The notes under the pieces were generated by a model that searched no databases, was not told the origin of the DNA, and saw only the letters and a list, made by a program, of their open reading frames with translations. Of a stretch of 59,849 bases of DNA, positions 37,893-46,495 are shown in pieces (positions within the stretch are counted from its first letter, which is position 1; each line of letters starts with the position of its first letter). Where the stretch lies: contig JAGBSK010000003.1 in assembly GCA_017631895.1 (NCBI GenBank), forward strand, positions 1 to 59,849, given 5' to 3'. The translations under genes and the position numbers were made by a program. This stretch comes from Alphaproteobacteria bacterium (GTDB lineage: Bacteria > Pseudomonadota > Alphaproteobacteria > Rs-D84).

Positions 37893-38921
37893 TTATTCGT
37901 CGTCTTTATCGGGGATTTGTCCATCTGCGGACAGCAACACGGCGACCCAACGTGTTGAATCAAACTGGGCACAGATGATATATATTGCAACCAATAATGG
38001 TACGCTGAAAAACATGCCGGCGATACCCCAAATCATTCCCCATACAACCAGGTTTATCAAGATTGCCAGGGTTGACAGGTTTAATGTTTTGCCCGTCAGT
38101 CTTGGTTCGATGATATTGCCGAATAATATTTGCAAGGTGATTAAACCAACGGCGGTTAAAATTGGTTGCTGTAATGTTGGGGCGGATACCAATGAATACA
38201 ATATTGGTAATGAACATGCAACAATGGCACCGATTGTTGGAATATAACTGGTGATAAATACTATAAATGCCCAGACGCCCGCAAATTCCACGCCGATAAG
38301 TTGCAACCATATAAATGACGCGACGCCTGTTATCGCAGAAATTGCCGTTTTAACAAACAGGTATTTTTTCATGTTGGTGTCGATACTGTCCAGAATATAG
38401 CGGAATTTTTTTGACTGACGTTTGCCCGGGAACATGGCGTTGAATTTTTTGTTAAATGTGCTTTGTTCAACAAACATGAATATTAGATACACTAATACCA
38501 TACCAAACGAAGTAGCGATGCCCGCGACCGATGCGCCGATGTTGGTGGCGATCTTGGTCAGGTTGGGGATCATGTTGGCGTCAAAGTGCAGACCAACCGA
38601 TTCTGATAAGTATGTGCCCAGGTTTGTTAACTTTTCCTGAATTGTGGGTAATGCGCTTGTTAATTCCGAGAACATAGGACTGACTTGGGTTGAAAACAAA
38701 TACCCGATTAAAAGTACTGTTGCCAATGTGCCGATATATGAAATGCCATTGTATAAATGGTTCAGAAATTTGTTGTCCGGGTGTGGTAATGCGCGACGAT
38801 AGTAATCTGATATCGCGTTCATAAGGTACCATAAAAATGCTGCAACCAGCAGCGGGATTAATATAGAACGGGCAATCCAAAGAAAGAAAATTATCGCTGT
38901 AAAAATTATTATTCCGTGCAT
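37893..38921 (-). CDS. AI-2E family transporter
   Basis: Multi-TM; YIPTIG, GNIIEPRLTG, WGMIWGIAGMFFSVP. Confidence 0.9.
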   Translation of the reverse strand: MHGIIIFTAIIFFLWIARSILIPLLVAAFLWYLMNAISDYYRRALPHPDNKFLNHLYNGISYIGTLATVLLIGYLFSTQVSPMFSELTSALPTIQEKLTNLGTYLSESVGLHFDANMIPNLTKIATNIGASVAGIATSFGMVLVYLIFMFVEQSTFNKKFNAMFPGKRQSKKFRYILDSIDTNMKKYLFVKTAISAITGVASFIWLQLIGVEFAGVWAFIVFITSYIPTIGAIVACSLPILYSLVSAPTLQQPILTAVGLITLQILFGNIIEPRLTGKTLNLSTLAILINLVVWGMIWGIAGMFFSVPLLVAIYIICAQFDSTRWVAVLLSADGQIPDKDDE

Positions 38922-38966
38922 GTGTGTTTCCTTTGTGTGCCAATAAATCGTGCGTATAGCACGTTT

Positions 38967-39893
38967 TTATTGTTGTTGAATTTCGATAATTTCTGTGTCG
39001 GAAATTGTCAGTTGTACATCCTGGGTCGTTGTTGGCATAAATGCATAAAACCCTATAAACAATATTATCAATGCCAAATTAAATATAACGGCCGATAGTG
39101 CATATTTCCCAGGAATCTTTTTTATAAATGTTTTGGTGCCACTTTGCAAGGCCCAAATTCCAAAGATTAATGCCAGCGAGAACGTTAACAACACCGCATT
39201 AAAACCGAAAAAGAATCCCGACAATATGGTAATCATAATGAATGTTGCGATTGTGTGTGCGGGACGTGATATAACCCAATTGGTTGCACGCTTTAACAAT
39301 TGTGCGCGTGGCGCAAAGGTTGCTTTTTTTACTGTGCCAGAATCCAGAATGTAACCAGGTGTCCACAGGGCGGCAAATCCGAATGGCATACTGAAAATAA
39401 TCTTCCAAGTTGGGATGTTTAATTCGCGGGCACGACGGAACTTTGCATAAATGTTTGCAAACAATAATCCTAATAAATACAGATAAAATATCAGAGATGC
39501 CGTCAATGTAATAAGAAATGTCGCAGAAATGCGCGTTTCCATTATTAATAAATAAAATATAATTTGCTGGGCATAGCGAACCAGCATATAGGATGAAGCA
39601 ATAAACAATACTGACAATATTATTGTCTGGGTGTTGTGTATCGCAATAAATGATGTGCGGTCCATTTTATCGCGTGGCAAATGTTTTACCTGGATTGCAA
39701 TCGCGCCAGTAAAACCAATCAACAGTAAAGTTATCAGGGGTGTTTGTGGTATTGGGGCGGGGGTGTAAATTGCGCCCGCAATCAGGCTGTATATAAATGC
39801 GGTTGTTATCATTATTCCGAACGAAATTGCCGCAAACTTTAATGGCGACCACAGTGTCCATATAGAAAATTTTGTAGCGTTGTTGTTTTCCAT
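38967..39893 (-). CDS. Polytopic membrane protein of unknown function
   Basis: About 8 hydrophobic segments; AAAGGA SD. Confidence 0.75.
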   Translation of the reverse strand: MENNNATKFSIWTLWSPLKFAAISFGIMITTAFIYSLIAGAIYTPAPIPQTPLITLLLIGFTGAIAIQVKHLPRDKMDRTSFIAIHNTQTIILSVLFIASSYMLVRYAQQIIFYLLIMETRISATFLITLTASLIFYLYLLGLLFANIYAKFRRARELNIPTWKIIFSMPFGFAALWTPGYILDSGTVKKATFAPRAQLLKRATNWVISRPAHTIATFIMITILSGFFFGFNAVLLTFSLALIFGIWALQSGTKTFIKKIPGKYALSAVIFNLALIILFIGFYAFMPTTTQDVQLTISDTEIIEIQQQ

Positions 39894-39918
39894 TTTCTTT
39901 TCCTTTCCCGTGTTTTAA

Positions 39919-40596
39919 CTATTTTATCATAATTTTCCCGTTTGATAAAGTTGTGGTATGCGTTGGGTGTATCATTTTTGTGAATGTGTCCTGGTGGCTG
40001 ATGAATAAAAACGTTGTGTCGGGCATTTGGGCGACAGTGTCGGCAATCAGTTTTTGGGTGTCAGTATCTGCACCAGAATCGGGTTCGTCCAGAATTGCCA
40101 AGCGTGGGTTTGTTAAAATTAATCGCAATAACATTAGGCGTTTGCGTTCGCCACCGGAAAATCCGACGTTAATGCTGCGGTTCAACCATTCGCGTGGGAT
40201 GCCCAGGCGTTCGCGTGCAGATTCCAAGTTCTGTAAAAATTCGCCCATTGACAGGTCGCGCCCCGTTTGAAAATGCACGTGTGCAGAAATGGAATGTTTC
40301 AGGAAACTGATAACCGTCAGGCCCGGGATTTCGGGCACATGCTGGGCGCCCAGGAAAATGCCCAGTAGACTGCGTGTGGTTGCGTTTTCGTTTGTTATAT
40401 CGCGACCGTCAAAAATAATTTTGCCAGATGTGATGTGGTATTCTGGGTTGCCGGCAATTGTTTGTGCCAGCGTTGATTTGCCGGAACCGTTGTGCCCCGA
40501 TATCAGGTGGCGCGTGCCATGTGATACAGTCAGATTTATGTCCGATAATAATTCTTTGTCGCCAAAAGATACACTTAAATTTTTTATTTCCAGCAT
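39919..40596 (-). CDS. sufC: Fe-S cluster assembly ATPase SufC
   Basis: GHNGSGKST, NVGFSGGERKR, ILDEPDSG. Confidence 0.92.
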   Translation of the reverse strand: MLEIKNLSVSFGDKELLSDINLTVSHGTRHLISGHNGSGKSTLAQTIAGNPEYHITSGKIIFDGRDITNENATTRSLLGIFLGAQHVPEIPGLTVISFLKHSISAHVHFQTGRDLSMGEFLQNLESARERLGIPREWLNRSINVGFSGGERKRLMLLRLILTNPRLAILDEPDSGADTDTQKLIADTVAQMPDTTFLFISHQDTFTKMIHPTHTTTLSNGKIMIK

Positions 40597-40599
40597 GTC

Positions 40600-41928
40600 T
40601 TAATCCTTGGATAGTGCCATTTGTATTAACTGTTTTGATTCAACCAAAAATTCCATCGGCAGGCGCGACAGGACCGGGGTGGCGCTGGCACCAATAATTA
40701 GTGCGATTGCCGTGTCTGTTTCAATTCCCGCCATGTTAAGGTAATTTAATGTGGCGGTATCGATTGTGCCGGTTGTGGCCTCGTGCGATTGGGCGTTGCG
40801 GTGTCCGTTGTGTATAATTCGGGGTATGGTGTTCGCCGTGGCATGGTTGCCAATAATACGACTGTCGCACTTAGATGCGTTGGTGCAGTCGTTGCCGGTA
40901 AATGATACCAGACTGCGAAATGTTTGGGATGATGCGTCAGTTGCGACGCCGTATGATACGATATTTGATATGCTGTGGTCGCCGATGTGTATCATTTTTG
41001 TGCCTGTGTCCGCCATCTGTGCACCACGTGTAATGGACAGGGAATAAAAGTCGCTGTACGCATGATTTCCGCGCAAAATTGTAGATGGGTATTTCCAGGT
41101 TAGGGCACTGCCAACCTCCATCTGGGTCCAAAGTAGTTTTGCGTTGTCGTGGCACAGGCCGCGCTTGGTAACAAAGTTCAAAATGCCACCATTGTTTCTT
41201 GTTCCGTCAAAGTCGCCGGAAAACCAGTTTTGTACAGTTGCATATTTGACGGTTGCGTTGTCCATAACGACAATTTCAACAACGCCACTGTGTAATTGAT
41301 GGTTGGGGCGGCGGGGGGCACTGCAGCCCTCCATATAACTAAGTTCTGCACCATGGTCGACAATAATTAGTGTGCGTTCGAATTGGCCGATTTTTGCGGT
41401 TTCGATTCTGAAATAACTGGCCAGGTCAATTGGGCATTTTGTGTTGGGGGGTATATAGACGAATGTGCCGTCTGAAAATACGGCGGCATTTAACGCCGCA
41501 AAAAAGTTGTCGGTGCTGGGGACGACCGTACCCAGATATTTTTTTACCAGGTCTGGGTGTTTTACAACTGCGTCCGAGAATGGTAAGAATATTATTCCCT
41601 GTTTTTCCAGTTCGGCGGTATATGATGTGTGTACGGAGCGACTGTCGATGACTGTATCGGTTGCCATGCCCATTAAGGCACGTTTTTCGCTGTCGGGCAG
41701 GCCCATTTTGTCGTATACGGATTCAAGGTCGCTGTTATCTATTTCGCCAGGTTCGTTATAGTAGTTCAACGCGTCATAGTCGATTGGCGTGTATTCAACA
41801 TCCGCCCAATGGGGTTCGGTCATGTTTTGCCATGTGCGATATGCATCTAGACGCCATTGAAGCAGCCAGTCTGGTTCGTTTCGTTTGGCGGATATTTCAC
41901 GAATAAGATCTGTAGATAGTTTCGCCAT
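40600..41928 (-). CDS. sufB: Fe-S cluster assembly protein SufB
   Basis: EPDWLLQWR, FAALNAAVFSDG, GQFERTLI, YMEGCSAP, TWKYPS, ADTGTKMIH. Confidence 0.93.
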   Translation of the reverse strand: MAKLSTDLIREISAKRNEPDWLLQWRLDAYRTWQNMTEPHWADVEYTPIDYDALNYYNEPGEIDNSDLESVYDKMGLPDSEKRALMGMATDTVIDSRSVHTSYTAELEKQGIIFLPFSDAVVKHPDLVKKYLGTVVPSTDNFFAALNAAVFSDGTFVYIPPNTKCPIDLASYFRIETAKIGQFERTLIIVDHGAELSYMEGCSAPRRPNHQLHSGVVEIVVMDNATVKYATVQNWFSGDFDGTRNNGGILNFVTKRGLCHDNAKLLWTQMEVGSALTWKYPSTILRGNHAYSDFYSLSITRGAQMADTGTKMIHIGDHSISNIVSYGVATDASSQTFRSLVSFTGNDCTNASKCDSRIIGNHATANTIPRIIHNGHRNAQSHEATTGTIDTATLNYLNMAGIETDTAIALIIGASATPVLSRLPMEFLVESKQLIQMALSKD

Positions 41929-41931
41929 GTG

Positions 41932-42474
41932 TTAATTGCTTTGGGTTGCTAACTGTTTTGCCTGGGCAAAAAAGGTTAGAGATTGCCCCAGCAGGCCGTC
42001 TGTGAATGTGTTAGATAGCAGACCGTCTGGTTCGGTTGTTGTTAGGTGATGCAGGAAATTGTCTGCGCGACGCATATAGTTGTCTATGCTGCGGGCAACT
42101 TCGGAATCAAGTTTGATTGCACGGCGCAATTTTTCCAAAGCAAATGGGTTTTTTGCGTATTCGTCCATAATGCCGCCCAGTGCGCGCCACAGGGCGTGTT
42201 CCGGCGTATTGCGGGGCATGATGTCAATTGCCGCCATAATTGGAATCAGGTTTTGCAACAGGTCTTGGTAAATCATTTCTGCGTTTTCTGCGACCGCGTT
42301 GGTTGCAGATTTGTTTTTCAGGACAGATTGAATTTTTACAATCAGGGCATATTGGTGTTCCTGTGTTTTGCCAATGTCGCCAATGCGGTTGTTAATGCGG
42401 TAAATATACAGCGAAATTCCGCCAATTAATAAAACGATAATGCCAAGCAGTCCAAAAATAATAATGTTTTCCAT
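41932..42474 (-). CDS. Single-TM hypothetical protein
   Basis: N-terminal TM helix followed by a helical domain; upstream of sufB. Confidence 0.7.
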   Translation of the reverse strand: MENIIIFGLLGIIVLLIGGISLYIYRINNRIGDIGKTQEHQYALIVKIQSVLKNKSATNAVAENAEMIYQDLLQNLIPIMAAIDIMPRNTPEHALWRALGGIMDEYAKNPFALEKLRRAIKLDSEVARSIDNYMRRADNFLHHLTTTEPDGLLSNTFTDGLLGQSLTFFAQAKQLATQSN

Positions 42475-42660
42475 AAATGCCCCCTGAAAATACTGGTTTG
42501 TTCGGGGACAGTATAACATCTTTTGTCGATTCGTGCGATTTATATGCGTAATTAATTTTTTTTGATTGATTTATGTGTGTTTTAGGTCTTGCACAGATTC
42601 GGTCAAATTGTTATAATAATTATTAATTAAGGAAGAATGTCTAAGGAAAGGAAGGTTCTG

Positions 42661-43554
42661 ATGTTCCGTAAAATTTTGATTATTGCCATGTTTGCAACGG
42701 CGGCGGGCTATTGTTTTGCTGCGGAATCTTTGCCCCAGGTCGTCACGTCCGAGGTGTTCTATGAGCAGGACAGAATTGTTGACGAAGGTGCGTACCAGCA
42801 GGTGGATGTGATGCAGATGAATGTGCCTGCGTGGCCGTTGGCGGGGTCTGATGCAGACGTAGAAGTTGCGTGCGAGGGGGCATTGTGTTCCAAGACCAAA
42901 CAGGAAGATAATATTCGTATTGTTTCCAAGATTGGTGCTGATTTGGTTGTTGAAAATAACTTTAATTTGGGTGCGCGTGGTGAATTTACTGGCTGGTCTG
43001 GTGGTGCGAATATGTTGCATGGTGCCCAGATTCCAGTTGGTTTTGATGATGAATGTGATGGTTCGGAAATGTCGTTGTTGCATCGCGAGGTGTTAGAGGA
43101 TGACGGCGGTAATGTTCTGGCAGTATCACGCAGTGGACGTAAAAATTGCGGTAAATATGCCGACGGGTACGAAGCCTTTGCGGTGCGTAATGGTATGAAG
43201 GTTGAAAGTGTGGAAAGTGGGACCGAGATTGTCGAAGAAGAAACTGAAATCGCAGTTGATGTTTCTGCCGATGCCGAGGCTCCGATTAATTTAACCGATC
43301 AGGTTCGTTCATGGGTCGTTGCGAATGGTCAGACCCTGCGCGAGGTTTTGCAATCTTGGTGTGATAAAGAGGGATGGGACCTGGTTTGGACTACGGCGCG
43401 TGAATATCCGATAGAGGCCAGTGCGGTATTCAAGGGGCGTTTTGTTGATGTGGCGTCGGCCCTGGTGCGAAATTTTGGGCGTGCGACACCAATCCCATAT
43501 GCAAAGTTTTATAAAGGTAATAGAGTGTTGGTAATTTCGACCGATGGCGAATAA
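42661..43554 (+). CDS. Secreted protein with C-terminal TcpQ-like domain
   Basis: W....GQTLREVLQSW...GWDLVW....YPI....F.G.F..., YKGNRVLVI; adjacent to a secretin. Confidence 0.75.
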   Translation: MFRKILIIAMFATAAGYCFAAESLPQVVTSEVFYEQDRIVDEGAYQQVDVMQMNVPAWPLAGSDADVEVACEGALCSKTKQEDNIRIVSKIGADLVVENNFNLGARGEFTGWSGGANMLHGAQIPVGFDDECDGSEMSLLHREVLEDDGGNVLAVSRSGRKNCGKYADGYEAFAVRNGMKVESVESGTEIVEEETEIAVDVSADAEAPINLTDQVRSWVVANGQTLREVLQSWCDKEGWDLVWTTAREYPIEASAVFKGRFVDVASALVRNFGRATPIPYAKFYKGNRVLVISTDGE

Positions 43555-43586
43555 TTTTCCAGACAGATGGCGTAGGAGATTAAAGT

Positions 43587-45215
43587 ATGAGAAAGTCATT
43601 AAAATTTTTAGTTCTGTGCGGTGTGATTTTGGCATCCCTGACAGGTTGTGCCAAGCGTGAGTCTGCCAAGGTTGCGGCATCTGTAGATCAGGATTTTATT
43701 AATGCATATGATGCGTTTGAAATGGCAAAAAATCCACGTGCCAAGGTGGCAAGTGGCGATACCGTTTCTATGTCCGAGGGTATTTGGTTGGGAAATAAAT
43801 CGATGGTGTTGGAACATCGTAATAACCTGCCGGCTAAATTTGAAACGGACACGGGTGTTACCATTTTGTTAAATGAACCTGTGTCTTTACAGGTTTTGGC
43901 AAATGATATTTATTCAATTACGGGTATTCCTGTCAAAATTGATGGTCAGGTATCGTCTGATAAATTAAAGAAATTGGTTAATGTTGCATATACAGGTAAA
44001 TTGTCAGGACTGTTAAGTCAGGTCGCGACGGATTTAGATTTGCTGTGGTATTATGATAAAAGTTCGATTGTTTTCTATGAAACAGAAACCAAGACATTTA
44101 CTTTGTACGCCCTGGGGACCGAGGTTGCGTATCAGACATCTGTGTCCACAGATAACTCAAACGAAGTATCATTGGAATCTACATTAAAAGAATGGGACGA
44201 GGTTGAAAGTGCTATAGAATCTATTATTGGCAAGGCCGATAATGCAGATTTTACTGTGTCGCGCAGTTTGGGAACAATTACTGTGACCGCATCGCCATCG
44301 ATTTTGGCGCGTGTTGGTGATTATATTGAACGTCAAAATAAACGTCTAAGCCAATTGATTACAATTGATGTCAAGGTTTTACAGGTTACAATTTCAAATG
44401 ATTCTGCGTTTGGTTTGAATCTGGCGGCGGCTATTAATTCTACGTCGGGACTGAATATTGTTGCAAATCCAAAGAACAACCTTGCGTCGACCGAGGCAAG
44501 TTCGATGAATATTGCCGTGTTGTCGAATACTGTGTCTGCCCTGACCGGTGCGACACATATGGAAGGCAATTCTGTGGTTGATGGTGCGTACACAAACGAC
44601 CAAATTATGAATGGGTCCTTGTCTGGTGCTGCGGGCAGTAATGCATTGATAGAAGCATTGGCAAAGCAGGGCAAGGTATCGTTGGTTACAAATGTTGGTG
44701 TGACCACACGTTCAAATCGTGTTGCACCGGTCAGCAATACACGTACAACGGGCTATATCAAACGTTTTGAATCGCGCAACTTTACAACTGTTGAATCCAG
44801 TACGGTTGATCAGGATGACTTGGAAACAGGATTCACAATGCAGTTGTTGCCGAATGTTCTGGAAAATGGAAAAATCTTGCTGTTGTTCCGTATGTCGGTG
44901 CGCGAATTGTTGCGTATGTCAACCCAGACAATCGGTGAAGTAACCCTGCAGTTGCCCGAGGTTGAAGAACGTTCTTTCATGCAAGAAGTAATTATGGAAT
45001 CTGGTCAGATGTTGGTTGTTTCAGGCTTTGAAAAGCAGACCAGCGAAGATACCCGATATGGTTTGGGCGATCCTGACTTTATGGCGTTGTCGGGTTCCCG
45101 TGAAACATCGGCCACGCGTGAGGTTTTGGTTGTTATCTTGACGCCTCAGGTTTTGGTCAGCCCGATGGATGTTGAGAGGAGTATTCAGCAGCACTGGGGT
45201 GCGCCTCTAAATTAA
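43587..45215 (+). CDS. Lipidated secretin, type IVb pilus PilN/BfpB/TcpC-like
   Basis: Lipobox LTGC; GTITVTASP, IDVKVLQV, G.TMQLLP, SGQMLVVSGFE, VILTP. Confidence 0.85.
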   Translation: MRKSLKFLVLCGVILASLTGCAKRESAKVAASVDQDFINAYDAFEMAKNPRAKVASGDTVSMSEGIWLGNKSMVLEHRNNLPAKFETDTGVTILLNEPVSLQVLANDIYSITGIPVKIDGQVSSDKLKKLVNVAYTGKLSGLLSQVATDLDLLWYYDKSSIVFYETETKTFTLYALGTEVAYQTSVSTDNSNEVSLESTLKEWDEVESAIESIIGKADNADFTVSRSLGTITVTASPSILARVGDYIERQNKRLSQLITIDVKVLQVTISNDSAFGLNLAAAINSTSGLNIVANPKNNLASTEASSMNIAVLSNTVSALTGATHMEGNSVVDGAYTNDQIMNGSLSGAAGSNALIEALAKQGKVSLVTNVGVTTRSNRVAPVSNTRTTGYIKRFESRNFTTVESSTVDQDDLETGFTMQLLPNVLENGKILLLFRMSVRELLRMSTQTIGEVTLQLPEVEERSFMQEVIMESGQMLVVSGFEKQTSEDTRYGLGDPDFMALSGSRETSATREVLVVILTPQVLVSPMDVERSIQQHWGAPLN

Positions 45216-45310
45216 ATCTTACGGCATATCTAAAGCGAATTGTGGGTGTCTCATGTAGCGTTTGTACACTACGACACCCACAATTCGTTTATCTATACCG
45301 TCATCTTTAA
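45212..45310. repeat. Conserved-core hairpin element, copy 2 (overlaps the secretin stop)
   Basis: TTAAATCTTACGGCATATCT-AAAGCGAATTGTGGGTGTC-TCAT-GTAGCGTTTGTACACTAC-GACACCCACAATTCGTTT-ATCTATACCGTCATCTTTAA. Confidence 0.9.
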
Positions 45311-45409
45311 TTTAACTTAAAGTGTACGCGGGTTTGTATGCATCTATACCTTTAATTTTTTATTTGACAGAATTTGATTTTGGTCTAAAATTACCTAAAA
45401 GGATTTTGT

Positions 45410-45844
45410 GTGAAACTGAAATATAATTTAACACCAGAACAGGCACGGCGTTTTGAACAATTGCGTCGTATGTCGCCGAATGCGTATGAAAAAATATGTA
45501 AGGGATGCGGTTTGTGTTGTTTGTGTAAAACAGGGACAGAGACGATAACCCTTTATACGCGGTTGTCTTGCAATTGTCTTGATTTGAAAACGCGACGCTG
45601 TACGGATTATAATAATCGATTGAAAGTACGGGAAAACGAATGTGTTAAGCTGACGCCAGAATTGGCGTTGCGGGGTGATTTGCTGCCTCGGACATGCGGG
45701 TATGTAGAATATATTTATGGGCCGGGGACACCGATAGATTTTGATTGGTCGTGTGTGAGGCCTGTGGGTAAATTGGATTTGGATAATATGATGGATGTGA
45801 TTCCAAATATAATTATAGGTTCTGTTAATTGGAAGCACAGATAA
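45410..45844 (+). CDS. YcgN family CxxCxxCC protein
   Basis: CKGCGLCCLCK, C..LD....C..Y..R....C..L, LP.TCGY. Confidence 0.82.
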   Translation: MKLKYNLTPEQARRFEQLRRMSPNAYEKICKGCGLCCLCKTGTETITLYTRLSCNCLDLKTRRCTDYNNRLKVRENECVKLTPELALRGDLLPRTCGYVEYIYGPGTPIDFDWSCVRPVGKLDLDNMMDVIPNIIIGSVNWKHR

Positions 45845-45878
45845 AAATCCCCCGATTTTTTCGGGGGGGGATTTTTTT
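45843..45878. terminator. Bidirectional intrinsic terminator
   Basis: AAAAATCCCCCGA...TCGGGGGGGGATTTTTTT between convergent genes. Confidence 0.75.
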
Positions 45879-46383
45879 ACTGTTGATTTTGTGTTTGTTT
45901 TGCCATGAATTCATTAATTAAACGTTCGCGCAGGGCGATTTGTTTTTGTAAATCACGACGCGAAGCATGATTCAGACGTGTCATATAATTTTCTTCATAT
46001 CCGTCAAATACATGCATCATTTCTGGGAAAACTTGAACAACGGGTTTACCGGTTTCTTTGTCCAGATATTCGATAATTTGAGTTGAGATTTTATCGCCCA
46101 TAATTTCACGCAAGACGGTGTGCTTTTTTGCCATGTCGCATGCACAAGGATTAGGGAATTCGGTGCATTTTAACCAGCCTGTATTTTCCTGGACCTGTTT
46201 GCCGTTCAATACAACGACGGCCAAAGGTGTTGCCTTGCACATGCAGAAAAAGTGTGCAGGCGCAAGGGTGGAAAACTGAATCTGGTATGTGTTTTTCTTT
46301 TTCTTGGATACGTGGTTTTCTGGGATTGTTGCGACGGTTGGCATTGCAACTGGTTTGTGTTCTTTCTTGCCAAATAAATTCAT
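45877..46383 (-). CDS. Hypothetical protein
   Basis: Start set at MNLFG behind an AGAGGA SD; TTGACA promoter at 46442-46447 on the - strand. Confidence 0.7.
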   Translation of the reverse strand: MNLFGKKEHKPVAMPTVATIPENHVSKKKKNTYQIQFSTLAPAHFFCMCKATPLAVVVLNGKQVQENTGWLKCTEFPNPCACDMAKKHTVLREIMGDKISTQIIEYLDKETGKPVVQVFPEMMHVFDGYEENYMTRLNHASRRDLQKQIALRERLINEFMAKQTQNQQ

Positions 46384-46495
46384 GGTGTGTTTCCTCTTTG
46401 TTTTATATTTGTTGCTTAGTATATAATACAAAAACGCAAGTTGTCAATGGTGGTGCGTGAAAAATAACATCGGGAAAAATCCCCGATGTTTTTAT

